Assembly: GCA_046563655.1 (NCBI GenBank)
Contig: CM102288.1
Coordinates: 2,604,001-2,668,000 of the forward strand
From: Yuukianura sp. NJ FZ-2021
Taxonomy: Eukaryota
Direction: 5' to 3'
Length of the DNA stretch: 64,000 nucleotides
Shown here: positions 49,236 to 63,706 of the stretch, one piece after another
How positions within the stretch are numbered: position 1 is the stretch's first letter
How the letters are laid out: each line of letters opens with the position of its first letter
The notes under the pieces: generated by a model
Database searches by the model: none
What the model saw: only the letters and a program-made list of their open reading frames with translations
Told to the model about the DNA's origin: nothing
Program-made: the position numbers and the translations under genes

Positions 49236-52200
49236 TCAGAGAATGTCCGTCTCACTAGACAAATTCAAATTAGCGAGACTTTCTCCAGACGGCACTGGAG
49301 AGGCAGCCCCAACGCTGCCATTGTTTTGATTAGAATGCTGGGGAAGCCTTCCCTGGCCTCCACCCTCACCGTTGGCACCTTTGACACTCTTTTTATCCTG
49401 AAGCATTTGGAGACGGAGATATTGGTCTTGCAGCATCTTTTGTTTTCTTAGCAATTCTTGATGTCGTTGACTCAACTTGTCTTCACTTCCACTGCGGCCA
49501 TCTTGTGAATTTAGACTTTCCGTGGAATCGGAGTCGATGGCTGCCAAATGTGGGGATATCAGTGGAGAGTTTTTGGAAGAAGAGCGTGGTGGTGGTGGTG
49601 GTGGGACTTTGGTGGGTTTTGGTGGTAGGGGCGGATGGTGTCGAACAGGAGATCCACCAGATTCGGTTGATGGATATGACGGGAGTCGTTTGGGTGGATC
49701 AGGCGGATTGAGCCGATTTCGTTGAGCTGAAGGTTGTTGTTCATTGAGTTCATCTAGCAGTGCATCGAGTTGGTTTTCTGGGGCATTTGTAGGTGCCGGT
49801 GAGTTGGGGGTGACCATGAACCATGTCGCCGGAGAACTTGGACTTGCTGTGGCGGCGGACATGTTGAATCCGGTGTTCTAAAATTAACAAAAACGAAGAA
49901 TTAGTACAGAGTCAATTACTAAAAAAATAAGTATTTTCAACTTTTACCAAATTCAGTTACTTTTCCTTGAAAAACTAGTATTTAGCGAATTACAAAGTTT
50001 TGATTATGATTAGTACTTACAACTTACCGTCAAAAATTACAAAATTTTCAAAAAGAACTTACGTAACTGAATTTGGAGAAATTGACATTTTTTTTGTATA
50101 AACAGGAATGTTACGAAACTTTTAGGGATGCAGAAGATGCGTAATTTTTTAGAAGTCATTCGTCAAGCTCTGACAGAGAAGCCATGCAACTAAACACTTA
50201 GAAAATTAATTAAAATTCAGCCAAACTAAAGATTCTATTAAAATTGAAAATCTAGAAAACTAAAATCTAAACTCAATTTTAACTAAACTTAAGATTCATC
50301 CAACAAACTTAACAAACTCGTGCAAACATACATGCATTAAAAAATGATCCCAAGATCACAAAAAACTTTGACTGAAAAAATTGTCAATTTTTATAAATTT
50401 TTGAAAGATAGCAAAAAAGATATAATTGTGTTTACTCTGTAATTACTTGTCTGAAGTGTGAGCTCCACTTCCAACCTTGTTTCTACGAGAAAAAAGAGAA
50501 AAAAAGAAAAAATACACATGTCTACTACGGAAAGGCGATCTAAAACTAAACTAAATAAACTTTCTTAATTGAAGTTTTTCATTAAAAGTTTTGTGGTAAA
50601 AAAAAAGATTTTTGGCTAAAGGCAGCTGCGGCAGTGGCAGTTCGAGGAAACTTTGATCAAAGAGCTCAAAATTTCGGAAAACGTTTAAAAAACTCAGTAA
50701 ACTACTTTTTAAAATACTGATTTAGTAAACTAGGTTGGTAAAACATTGACTTCCGTCAGGAACTATAGAATGAAGTTAGTTTGGAGTAACTTTTTTTTAG
50801 AGTCTTCTTCAAAATCTCCATGCAACTTTAGTAGGTCTACTAGTAGAAGTAGTAGTAGGGCGTGTTGATGAGGAGTATGACAGAAGAGAAGGAACTGGAG
50901 GACGATTGGTCCGTAAAGACACGGAGGAGAAGCGATTTGCGCTTACCCGATTTAAAACTTTATCGGTAGGAGTTGACGGTGAAGGTGATGTCAGCGACCG
51001 TCCTGAATCTGTAGAAGAAGGCAATCGCTGTTCTTGCACTGACGCCAGTCTAAGAAATTTCGAAAATTCGACACATAACTTTAGTCGTAAATATAGATGC
51101 TTGTTCTTTCCGAATCGAACTACAAGATTCTTTACCGCACCTCTTCAATGTTACAAGCGTTCCAGTAAGCTTTTTGCAGCGTCGCAGCGAACTTTCAAGT
51201 CGATCAGGCTCATCCTTTAAAAATCTTTCTTCCGATACCATTCTGTCCATTTCAGCGCCAAGCTGACCTCTCATCGATTCCTGCAGCGCTGGAAACCTTG
51301 CCTTCAAATCCGCCACCGATTTACTAAAAAATCAAATTCTTTTAAGGTTTGACTGAATTTTTCAAAAAATTGAAAACAAGATTTAGAAAGTCAAAATTTT
51401 GACTCAAATGAAGCAAATTTTTTCTCATCCACATGAAAGCTTCTCTCTCTTACCTAGATTTGCTAAGTACGAGTGCCATATTTTCCACATCCGACATATT
51501 CACTCTCGTTCGTTTATTTATAACGTGACTTCTCAGTTCTTCCACCGTTGTTTCCAAATCCCTGTCCAAAACAAAAAACGAAGAGGGTTAACCCAAACAT
51601 AAAACATTACACGCACTAAAAGTCACTCTACACAAAATATAGTGCGACAAAAAGTGAAAATATCTTACGTCAAATCCTTATCCAATTTGAGCATCTCCTG
51701 CCGGTATAAATCTTCCTCCCGTTTCAACCTCACTTTCTCTCGATCTCCTCCAGCCATCCATTGATCGCTTCCAGCTAATGTAACCACTCTACAAAATAGA
51801 AAATAAAATAGTGTAGGTACCAGAACTTGACGTTTCTGTTAGTCCAACAAAAAACTTCTTGCCAATAGCAAAAAATACCAGAGATGAGGAGAACCGAACA
51901 TGCAAAAACCACTTTAGGAAAATTAAACTCACTTGAAGCGTAGGAAAGTATCCCGGAGTGTTTCTCTGACAGTATGAGCCTGAGCTTGAACATTCCTCCG
52001 CAGTATCCGAACATCCGACTTCAGTTCTTTGGCTTTCTTTTGAAGATTCCGCAGTTGGTTGTACATTTCCGGACTTAGCTCTGCAAACAAAACTGAAGCT
52101 GTATGTTATGCATATTTACACATTTACAACCCCCAATTTGACGTTTCAGCCCACTCCACTTTTCAAACCACCAGCGTCTGTCTCTTTGGCCACCAAAAGC

Positions 52201-55200
52201 CTGCTTTTTACCTCTGCCACTGCTAGCGGCGTAATTCCCATAGTGTTTCTCATATCCATTTCCAGTCACTGGAACTTGAGACGCTGCAACAGTTTGTTTT
52301 CCATGAGGACTGGAGGAAGCACCAGGAGCTGCAACTAATCGATCTGAAACTTCAAAAGGAAAACCGAATAAACTTGTGAATCATTTTCCAGACAGCGTCA
52401 CATTGAGACCTCACCCTGAGACATTCGTGGTAAAGTGGAGGATTTGATAGCTGGTTTGGATGGTTTCTCCACTATTTTTTTTTTACCCCGAGTTAGTTTT
52501 TGAGGTCAAATTTTATATGAGAGTGAGTAAGCCAAGAAGAGAGAAAGAAGAAAGCCGCAAAAGTATCAAAGAACAAAAATGAAATTTAGATTCGACATGA
52601 GCTGCAGCCACCACATTGTAATCGGAAGCACAAGATTGAATATTAAAGCCAACCCATTTTCTAAATTCACAAAATTTAAAAAAATGCATACCAGGATGTA
52701 GCCCTGCTGGCGAATACACTTTTGATAGATCTGGAGGATCGTCACTGAAGGAAACGGATTTTTCTGAAAAAAAGAAAGAAAAGAAAGTAAAATCAATTTC
52801 GAAATCTATCAAAAATCCAAATAACGTTCTGAAATTAATTGACCTTTTCCAAATTTCGGATGTGCGAGAACTTTATCAATTGGATTTGGCGGACGTTCAT
52901 CTAATAAAACAACAGAAATTCAGTTTTTAGAAATTCATGAAACTTCTTATTCTCGGTCAGTTTTTAGCAATTTGAGGTAAGGATTGGAAAAAATAACAAA
53001 TCAAAGCAAAAAGCAATGGATTAGAGCAACTCACCTGGTAAAGACGCTGAACTTGAACTAGAAAGTTTATCAGTATCATCTGCTGGAGGTACAGACAGAG
53101 AAGAAGACAAATAAAAAACAGACAAAACACAATTAAGGATTTACAAAAGCCCCAAAGTAAAAATTAGTAGACGCTGGTGGTGGTTAATCGATTAACGCTA
53201 TAAAAAACAACTACACCGACACAAAGTAAACAGACAAAAGAAGAAAGGCCGTTCGGTTGTTCGTTCACCCGTTTTTTCAAAAAATTCAGCTTTCACTTAC
53301 CTCTGAAATCTCTGCTGGGAATGTAATCCCTAGCCTGCACCAAACTGTAATTCGTAGCACCAACATTTCTTGGAAGCGTCGCTGCCTGGATTCTTGAGCT
53401 GGGTGTTGCTGCGAGTGGCACGGGAGTCAAGGCTTTTTGAACCAATCCAGTCAAGTTTGCTAGCTGCCTCTCCATATGTTCCATTCTAAACCGAGATTCT
53501 TCATCAATTAGAACAGAAGGCGTCACACTTCCGGATCTTGAAGGCGGTGGGTAATAGTAAGGATCTTCACTAATGTATCTCTCCGGTGATGAAATATAGC
53601 CTGCCGTATCTGTAAAAGTGTCAAAGAAACAATTTAAACTACCACTTTTCCCCGCCATATTTTATATTTTGACGTGAAATTGTGCCCTAACCTGCACTGG
53701 AGTAAATGTCCCCTCCAACCCTGGCTCTTCCATCCGCGTAATGTCCAATAGATGGCGGGAAGGAAGTTGACCTCTCTTGACCTGCACTGTTGATGGGCCC
53801 TCTCGAGGTGGCATAAACCATGTTAGGAACTGGAGCTACAACGCCCGCTGGTGTTCTCTTGACTAGACCATAGGCTGGCACGGTGTTCCTCTGTGGCTTC
53901 GGTGGTGGAAGAGTTGAATTCGGTCCTGTTTGTACTGCTAATCCAAATCCAAAATTAATTTTTCAATTTTAATTTGAAAGCTTAACAAAATAGAGCGGAT
54001 CTTTGTGGTTTCCGGAATGTTACATTACCTGATTTGGCAGGAACTGCGACCAGTGGTGAGTAAGGACGACCTCTCGGCAGTGTAGCACCAACCGGGTAAG
54101 CGTATGGGGCAAGATACGGACTTTTGTTACCCTGAAATTAACAAACACAATTAAAACTTCAGCAGTTCCAGTTCCAGTTAGCACAAAAAAAAAAACTATC
54201 CAAACTTCATTATTTTCCAATTTTTGAAATGTTTTCGCAACTGTTTTTTCTGCACAACTTCTCCGCGCTAACGCTTGCTATCGTCATATGCATAGCAAGT
54301 GCCGAGCGTCACGAAACTGCTTCTCCTGAATTCTGGACAAAACAGCACGGTCACAGCGGTCCACCTACATATCGACGACAAGTGACCAGTTCTCAAGCAT
54401 TTCAGCCGTACATTCACGCTAAACCTACTGCCAGCACACCACCAAGCAAAATACAAAAGGTTTTGTCACAAGTCGAAGAAACTTTGCGACATGAGGACAA
54501 CTGTCGTCTGAACAAAATCAAGCTAGCTCAACTGGAATCTGCTCAATACATTGAGTACGCCGTCAATTTTCCACCTCTCAAACAATTTCATTTCTGTCTC
54601 TGGCTCAACAGCGTCAGCCTCACCACGGAACATACCCTATTCTCCTATGCCGGTAACCGATATTTCCAATTTTTAAGACTAGGTTAGAGCTAGCTTCCAG
54701 CAAATTGCCAAGCATTTTGAGACGAGAACACAATTAAATTCAAAACGAGTTTAACCTTTCTTATAGGAAAGCAAACTAATTTGAGATACTTTAGCCAACT
54801 TTCTAAAATAAGTTTTCCATCTGGAGTCTATGTCCACAATTTCCCATAATTTTTGTTCTAAATGTTTCCGCAGTTCCTAGAAATCCTGACATGATCACAA
54901 TGTGGATCTCTCCAATCCAGAACCAAACTGGATTCCACTTGGTCATCAACGGTCTCAAAGTATATAACCTCAACTACGTCGTTCCCACGGGAAAATGGTT
55001 TCACATATGTCAATCCTGGAATGGACTCAACGGTCATTTCGAAGTATTCGTCAACGGAATTTCTGTAGGAGATGGCTACGGTCCTCCCAAGGTAAAAACT
55101 GGCACCAGTCCCTCCACAATTCTTTTTCAGCGACGCATGGTTTCCAGTTCTTTGTGATTTTCAATTTGCAAACCAAACGCCGCCGGGTAGCTCTCAATCT

Positions 55201-58200
55201 CTTTTGATCTTTTTTCCAACAGTTGATTGGATTTGAAGTCCCTGGTGGCGGTCGGCCCGTGACAGGGCAAGTCCAAGACTCTGCATGGAACGACGTCCAT
55301 GGTCGTAGACAAGGCGTTCAGGGAGAGGTAAGAATGGAATCCATTTTAAGCTTTAACAAAACTCTTCTTCCGCTCCGAATCCACACTTCCGCTTGGAGGA
55401 AAGCTGGGCTACAGTGGTTTCCTCTTGGTCGGCCAAGGTTTTCTGCAGGAGCGAGTTCCAGCACCACCGCAAACATACAAAGACACACAAAGCTTTAAAA
55501 TTGGTTTTGATTTTGGCAGATTACTCTATTTGAAATGGATGATGCGGCCCTAGGAGTTGGTGCGAAGGGCTCTGCAACGCTGCGTCCACTTCAAACTGAC
55601 TGTCTCCCTAGACGGACTGGAAATCTCATCTCGTGGGGAAAGGCTCACTTGAAACTATTTGGCGGAGCAGAGATTTATGGGGTTTCTCCAATCTGTGCGT
55701 CTTTTCCGGAATAAGCGATTCAATTCCAACGAAACCTAAATTCTTATCAAGAATATCTGCCACAATCCTTAAATCCTAATAAAACAGCGATTCCGCTGCT
55801 GACCTCTGACCCAAAACCTAATTCAATTACAATTAAACTCACTTTTAGTAAAAGATCAACCATTATTACCAATTTCGCAGGCAAAAGTCTGGCTTTCGGA
55901 AAATTGATCAAAGACATTTTTGGAACTGCAAAACAGCAGTTTTCCATCCATAAAAACTTCTCCAAGTCCAAACATGGGAACTGCCTTTCAGATCTTTCTG
56001 TTTACCAATCCATTTCCAGCCTTTGTTGACAGATGCCCCTATAAAAGTCTTTGAGCTCCATTTCTAAAACAGTCTCCTCCATTTTAAATACTACTTCATG
56101 TGAACTTCCTCAGACGCTGGAATCCCATTTAATTCCAGAAGCGGAACAAGATGAGCAAAAAAAATCCTAGAGCCATTTGAAAACTAGAACTTTGCAAACA
56201 TTTTCATTTTCCCCCCTCACTCCCTATAATAACAAACGAAATTTATACAAAAACATCACCAGTTTCACTCTTTTGAGTAATGTGAACCACGTAATGTGAT
56301 CTGACAGCAGAAAGACTTTAAAAGTTCAAACTCAAGGCCCCATTATTTATGTAATCCAAACTGGAAAAAGATCTTAGCGCGTGGAACTGCTCAACCAGGA
56401 GTAATGTTATGCCCATTAAAAACATACCTTTGATTTATGGATGTGTTGGTGTTGAAAGTCAGAATCAAATTCGGGTTCACTAAAGTAGGACTGATCCTGG
56501 TCCCATCCTGGTCCTGGAACGGCTCCATTTCCATTCACATGAGGCTCAAACAGTCGTAGCACCGAGTTCCCACGAATGTCTCTACAACATGACACCACAC
56601 CAACAAAATAATTAATGAGTGGATTCTCTACTTCTAATCTGATCATCTTTTGCTACGCTAAGCACAACCGGAAACTTATTACTGCCAGAGCAGAACATAT
56701 TATGTGAAAATGCTGAGAAAACTGAAAAAAATTGATGTTATCACTCCAGAAAAAACGTCGCCAAGGACCAACCCTTGACCTTTTCAAATCAAGTGCCGTT
56801 ATAACTCCAATTCTTTCGAAATTGGACACAAAATTGATCAGATTTTGAAATATTTTTTGGAAATTCCATTTTGTTTTTCATGCTTGAGTTACCTCAGATC
56901 CTCCAATTCGTAGAACATATCTTTGGAAACGTCATGGATGTACACTTTGGAATTCATAACATCCAAGTATTCCAGTGTCAGTTGCTTTGGAAAAGAGCGC
57001 ACAAAGAGAGCCTTCACTGTATCCATTGAAGTAATTTCTAGAATTCAAAAAAATGACAGTTCAATTTTCATCTTGCCCCCTGTCGCTCAAGCGTCAGTCA
57101 TCTGTCATCTCAACTAAAAAGAAGTTACCATTGGGAAGGAGTGCTCTCTTGGTCTCGCTCCGGTATTGTAAAAATACGAGTCCTGAAAATAAAGACACGA
57201 AAATCAGCGAATTTTACAGACATAACATCGTAGAGGGGGGCTGAAGACAGTGTCAATTGAAATGCAGATAGGGATGCCCCTGGAGCTAAAAGTGAAAACC
57301 GAAACGAGAGCAGTGCCGTTAACCTACTCTATTTTTTCCGTAGAACGCTTTATCACTTCCTTGCCATTTTTATTTACATGTCTTTATCAGAACGAAGGAC
57401 TCAATACCACTTCTGGTTCTGCCTAGTTCTTGGTAAAACCAGTAGGGAATTGAGCACCTCAAATCAGGCAATTTTATGGCTCGGATCATTGAGATTCATA
57501 CACAACTTATCTGTAAACGGTAAATCGCTTTGCAACGACATATTACCTAAAGGTCTCTCGAGCGTTTTTGAAGGCGTGCGGACTACAGGAAGAGAGCTGC
57601 GACACTTCCCTCCACGTCGGAAACCAGTCGACGACGTTTCAGCTTCAGACATGATACTGAAAAACCAAAACAAAGTACAAATCAAAACTAATCAGGACAA
57701 AAGTGCTTTATTGATTTTTGCTAACGAAGTTAAATGAATGATTAACGTACCCCGGATCATCATCGAAGAGGGTTGATGATGAAGGGGTTCCTGACGGCTG
57801 ACGACCAAACCCTCCTCGTGGTCCCTGCAAAAAGTAGCAAAACATTTTAGACATGTCACGCGATCAAATTATACTAAAAATATTGGCGCTTATTCACTGC
57901 TGAATTAATCATTTGGAATTGCTAATAGAATGGAACTTCTAACTGGGTCTGCGTGTCAAAAAATCAAACCAAAAATTAACTAAAAACAAACCTTGGGCGT
58001 TTGGTCATAGAAAAGTGAACTGGAATTAGTCAATTGACGTCTAAACAAATTAGGAGGAGGTTGATGCTGCGGTTGCGGAAGCACTTGCTGACGTGGCAGC
58101 ATCACAGGGAGTGTTGATGGTGGCCTAGGTCGTGTCGGATATTGACTACCCGGAGGGACTAGTGCTCGAGATCCAGACTATTTCAACAAAATAAATCAAA

Positions 58201-58580
58201 ATAATAAGGTAAAAACATAAATCATAAACCAAAAAAAACAACAACAAGCGCATTGTGCAAGAGCAAGGTAAATAGAATACTACTGGGTAGGTGCAAGACC
58301 AAGATCTAATCAGGAATTGACATACTTTATTTTATAACTACATAATCGGTGAAAAAGAAACCAAATGGCGGAAAAAACTAACACTAAATATTCGCGAACC
58401 GTCGCGGAGTGTCGGTTACGACTCGATACTTAAGTTTTAGATTAATCTAAGATTGTTCGGTTAATTGCAGTTAGAAAATATGGATTGTCTTTAGAATTCG
58501 GGAACTCACCTGACTGTCCATACTTCCACCGACGAGTGCTTGGAGAAAGAGTCTTGACTTGCTCGGAGGTTTAGAACTCC
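49236..58580 (-). CDS. CG32809: CG32809 / SRCIN1 (p140Cap) / KIAA1217 (Sickle tail) family adaptor with AIP3-like and coiled-coil regions; 5' exons unresolved, probably further right
   Basis: LFDDDPG|IMSEAETSSTGFRRGGKCRSSLPVVRTPSKTLERPLG|LVFLQYRSETKRALLPN|EITSMDTVKALFVRSFP...MFYELEDL|RDIRGNSVLRLFE; SRSGSVTPS...RMEHMERQLANLTGLVQKAL; EERFLKDEPDRLESSLRRCKKLTGTLVTLKR|LASVQEQR; RHQELLRKQKMLQDQYLRLQ. Confidence 0.9.
54229..55714 (+). CDS. Secreted pentraxin-domain protein (b6-like), nested antisense in intron 54132-56426 of the CG32809-like gene
   Basis: Signal peptide. Exons 54229-54652, 54874-55091, 55223-55327, 55520-55714. Motifs FPPLKQFHFCLWL...HTLFSYA, pentraxin signature KWFHICQSWNG, EVFVNG, VPGGG..VTGQVQD, GEIT, GNLISW. 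Confidence 0.88.
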
Positions 58581-61500
58581 CTGTAAAATCAGACAAGAAA
58601 CAGTTTTAGATTACCATGATTGATGATGATGATTTATGATAAAGTTAAGGTCTCTAGCTAATGGTAGAACCCAGTAGGAGAGGAAGTAGCTGAGTTTGTT
58701 GACATTGGGTTCTGGCCAAGAGTTCAAATAGTAATCAGACCAAGACTGTCATCGTCGTCTCACCCCTTTCAACTAATCAAGACTCCACTTTCTTCCATGT
58801 CACTCTTGCAATCAATCGTAACGAAACGATACACCGTTCTTCTAATCAGTAATACAACAATATATGGCCGATCATGTGTCAAGGTTTGACCTTATAGCAC
58901 TTGGGCGACAAACAATTAGTTAACTTAATGACATGCCTTTCATTACAAACCGAGAACCGGGATGTGATACAACTTATCACCGGAAGTCAACTGTCAATGT
59001 TGACAGCGTACGGACGGCGACTGTAAAGTTTTTCCGTCAGCTGTCCATACTCCATTTCACTAAAAAGGCCCCACCCGTGACTATAGTCGCACTAATACTG
59101 CCAGTACAAACAACTTTACAAGCTGTTCCGTGTCCTCACCCAGTAGTAAGTACTGCCCGGACGGAGATCAACTAATACGACCATGTCACGTCACTTCGTC
59201 GAACGACCCACCCGTAGTGGTGTCACCATGTCAACTACGTTTTTTCCTAATGCCACTCCACGGATCCACCCGGAGGGACTCAAGATCCGAAGGAAACTGA
59301 TGAATCCTGAGATCTCTTCTGTTTGTTATTCTCTTCAAAAAACCGAACGTTTATGTTGAAGACGAGGAGGGAGGCGGAGGAGGAAGTGTCCGGATTTCGG
59401 TCTTTTCGGATCGATATTGCGGGCCACAGCCCTCCCGCTACTTATACTTCAAAAGACACTCCAGAACCAGCCTACCACTTTATAACATGCGGGGGACATG
59501 GACCCCTTCCAGGAAAATGAACTTCAGTACTAAAAGATTCCCTCAACCAAACAAAAGAATTCCTCCAAAATGATCTTCAAAAAATTTGGGAACAAGAGAC
59601 GCGCAGAGGAGATCAGAAGAATGAAATGGGCCACTCGGCTCCACTTTTTCGTCAAAAACGCTTTCGCCATTTTTACAAAAAATTCAAAAACTGTTCCGGA
59701 TCTTCCAGCACTTGTCTTTTATCCTTCATATTTTTCAGAAATGATCAAACCGGGAATCCAATCCAAATATGTCGAAACAATGTCCAGGAACAAGATACTT
59801 GTCCAGCATCCGCAGTACCCTTCCCTCCATATAACTTTTTGTGCAATAACTAACCTAATGTACGAAGCCAAAACTCAGTTTTCTCCAACTACTACTTCTG
59901 TTAATTCGAATTTGTCTACTTTTTTTAAACAAGAAAAAGCCGAATGTTTTGTGTTTGTCCGAATTCTCCGAATTTTGCAAATGAAAAATTTCGCAAACAC
60001 GCACACAGTTTCGTAATATTAAAAAACGCCCTTCGAAATTGAATCTCCTTGTCGTGTCACCGGCGGCTACAAATTTTAGCACTCCGAGTTGCAAAAATTT
60101 TGTTCCGTGTTGCAAAAAGTGACAACTGAATCAACACACACCTCAGTGCATGATTCACACCACTTTGGGATTACCTTGTGGACACACCTTACTTTTCCTG
60201 AATCCTAATCCTGAAGTGGTGCTAAAGTAATGGAATGCTTAGTTATTTGGATCCCTCACCCTAACAATGTTAGGTTATGTTGACGCACGGTCCGTTGGCA
60301 CACTAGGCACTCACTACCTTTAGCGTTTTGACTAATGTATTTGTGCAAATTGTGGAATTGGGGTTATCTGAAGTGAATAATAAGATAAACAGACACTTCT
60401 AGTCACTACACAGACCTAGTGCAGATGAAGATGAAAGTGAAATGAAGGATGATGGGGAAGTTGGTTTATGGTGTTGCCAAAATGCTAAATGTTTGCATGC
60501 CCCCAGTATATTTGCTCACAAAAGTACTCTGATCCTCCCGTTATCCGCTATTATACTCAGGGTGTAACGGCAAAAGGCACAAATTCTAATTAAACTAAAG
60601 TGTGAAACAGGGTTCAAAAATTAAACTGAAAGCAGAATTGTTTTTCAACTTGGCTGTCTGCAATTTTGACAGTTTATGGCCATTGTTCCATAAAAAGTTC
60701 CTGGAAGGTTCATTCCAAAGAGCAACAAGGAAACACAACTTTTGCAAATCCACATTCACCTTTTAGCATTTAGATTTGCACGCTCGTCTTAAATTAAGCC
60801 TCACTTCCCTACTTAAGGTACCAGGACGCTTCAGTCCGGAAGTTTCCGAAACGGTACGGTATTCTATACATTGTTGTGCTGAAACCGATACCGGATACGT
60901 CCTAAACCGAGGTCAAAGCTTTTGTAAAGTAAAAAGAAAAATTTGTAAAAAGAAATTAGCGCCTGCAATAAGAGGACGACCGTTAGCTACTTTTTTGCAC
61001 GGTCCCGTAACCCTCGTGACCGAAAATTGGCAAACTTATGTTTTTATGGCCAATTTTCATGTCAGAACTAATTCACTGATCAGTTTTTGCTGAAGCGTGC
61101 AAAATTTTGAGACTGCGCGTCCCCGGGGCTCGTAATGTCACTTTGACAAATGACTTTTATAAAACCGTAAGCGTTTCTTTTAAATTAAAGTAATTTACCC
61201 TGCTGGTTCGATTTTTGCAAAAAGAACCAGTTGCAAAATACCATAGATAATGGCAAGAGCATCTCTGGCTTTAAAAGAATATCTGCTATCAAAGCGGTTT
61301 AGTAATTTTGGCAAAAAAAAATGTGCAAATTGCACATTTGAAAGTTTAAGTTGTGGCGCAGAACATAACTCTGACGTCATCTGAACCTAAGTTAATCCTT
61401 CAACTGACATAACACTTAAGAGATTTAGACATTTTCTATCCAAATCTCTTGTCAAGTCTGTCACTTTTACTTTAGAAATTAATTTAAAACAAAATTTGAA

Positions 61501-63693
61501 AATTTAGATTAACAATTTTTGAAAACTTGTCAAAATGGAACAAATTCGCCAGATAACTTTATTTCAGAGTTTCTAGGCTACCAAATACCCTCCAATTTTT
61601 CTGCTGGTGTCATACCTTAATCTTATGAAGCTTTCACTTCAATTTCGACAGAAAAGCTTTCAAAAATTTTGCACAAATAGTCAAAAAATTTTTCGTAAAA
61701 TGTGACACTTTTTTGTCATTCCATTCCATGTTCGTATGATTAGATTACGCTAGGCGTTGTCACTTTGAAGTCCCATAGTCCCATTCGAAACAGAAAAGTC
61801 AAAAACGTAGACTAAACTTTTCCTACTCATGTTCGAAAAAAGTTCAAAATACATTCCATTTTCTGTGACACGAATGTTTTTGAAAAAGCTACTAATTACC
61901 GCCCCCTAGTCTCTAGTTTTTCATTTTGCAAAATGAAGTGCCAGTAAGTCTCCGCTTTCCCTATGTTTGTCCTTCCTATTTTCTATTTACATAATTCAGG
62001 AGGCAAGGGAAAGAGACATAATAGGATGAAATTTTAATGTTCAACAGATCTCCAAAACCAGTTCCAAGTCCCCAAACCTAACTTTAGACTGTACAAGAGG
62101 CCTTGTACAAGTATAACTTGAAGGACTTCGTTTTTACTCCTTTGGCAAAGGGACCCTGGGCCCTTTGTTCTCTTCCTTAAGACCTTCTTTTCCCAAAGTA
62201 CAAAATCTATAATTCAGTGCGTGTAGAATAAGGAAGAAGAGGCTCAAAAAGAGGACAACTGGGTCATAAATTATGGTCGAGCAAAGCTTCCAGTTCCAGG
62301 TTTTTCCAGCGCTTCAGCGTTCCAGCCAAGAAGCTGAAACTGGAAGTACTGGCAGCATCAGGGCTAGCCTAGGGAGCCTTCTTGTAGGATTTGATGATGA
62401 GGCAAGGGCCCTTCGGGAATAGAAGGGGCCTTATTCCTAATTGGGAAAGTTGATGGAGAGTTTTTAGGTTTTGCAAAACCGAGTACAAGTCCGCGAGTTC
62501 GTAACTCACAAGCTGAACTGTACAAAAAAACAGTAATGCGAAATGCTAAGGCAAACAAATTGGAGAATGTAAGGCAGGGATCATCCCTTCACATCCGTCA
62601 TAAGTCTACAAGTCTACCTTTTCACCATAGCTTTTCACAAACTTAAATTCTACCTTTATACAATCTTGTTCCAAAGTAACCAAAAAAAGAGAAAAATTGC
62701 AAGCATCAGTAAGTTTTAGTTGAAGAAAATTTTGTGTAAAAAGAAAGTTTTTCAGAGTTTTAAACTTTCACTTGAGAGATTTCAATCATTATCATTCAAT
62801 GATTCAAACCAGCAGAAAAAAAAACATCCTTTTCCGTATCACTTCGCTTTTCAATTCAGAAAAAAGAAAGTTCCAGCCTAGTTAGTAAATTCGACAAAAA
62901 AAAAATCAATTCGACAAAAAACAGAAAAAATGTAGAAAAAAAAATCTTTTTAAACTGTTTTTTCTTCTTTTGCAAAACGCTAAACGAAACGCTAAATTTT
63001 TTCTCAAAACGCTTTCCGCAAAAATTTCAAAATTTCATAAAAGTTAAAGTATAAACTATAAAGTTACTGTCGCGTCGTGTATTAATAGAATTATAGAATT
63101 CAGCGAGAACAAATTTTTTATAAAAACACTTTCTCTGTAAAAACTGAACTGGTGTTTGACGACAAGTCTTTTAAAAAAAATTAAAAAACTAATGTGGATT
63201 ATTTCTTGGAAAAAAAAATAGAGTAGAATTTTTGGTTCTGAGAATCAAAAATCTAATTTTTTTTTGAAACAGAAAAAGCCATCATTCCTTGCAGTCCTCT
63301 GGACTTTTTTTAAACTTTATAAAATTGATTTCGTACAGCTCTTTTAAAATCCTCGAAATTGTTGAATTCACTTGTAACGCTCAGCACAGCACTAGCTAAC
63401 TGAAGTTGCGAAAAAACTACTAATTATTCAAATCTATTCCTGCAAATTCAGAGTCACGTTCTCACACGTCCTTTTTCTAGAAAGCAGTTGCTAGAGCGAA
63501 ACTAGGTTTTCCAGCGCTAGCTATCTAGTTAGCGCTGTTTTTTTATCCAACGCTTCTGTTGCTTCCTCTAAAAGCCCAGCACGTAGACAACCCAAAAACC
63601 TTGCAGCATGGCCCACCCATGATACTAACTTACTCCAATTCCCTTTGTATGTAGACTAAAAAACGACCAGTGGAACACTCCCTGGAGATCTCC

Positions 63694-63706
63694 GTTGCTA
63701 AGCAAC
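63694..63706. promoter_or_regulatory. RFX X-box-like palindrome
   Basis: GTTGCT-A-AGCAAC: two inverted RFX half-sites. Confidence 0.4.

Noticed and set aside
58933..60115. ORFs 58933-59175, 59323-59520, 59570-60016 and 59855-60115
   Set aside because: They show no domain signal, and I could not build a consistent exon chain. They are probably intronic or UTR sequence of the CG32809-like gene.
62085..62435. Several short hairpins (tgtacaag/cttgtaca, caaaggg/ccctttg, aagggccc repeats)
   Set aside because: Stems of 7-10 bp are too short to support an ncRNA or transposon call without covariation or copy-number evidence.
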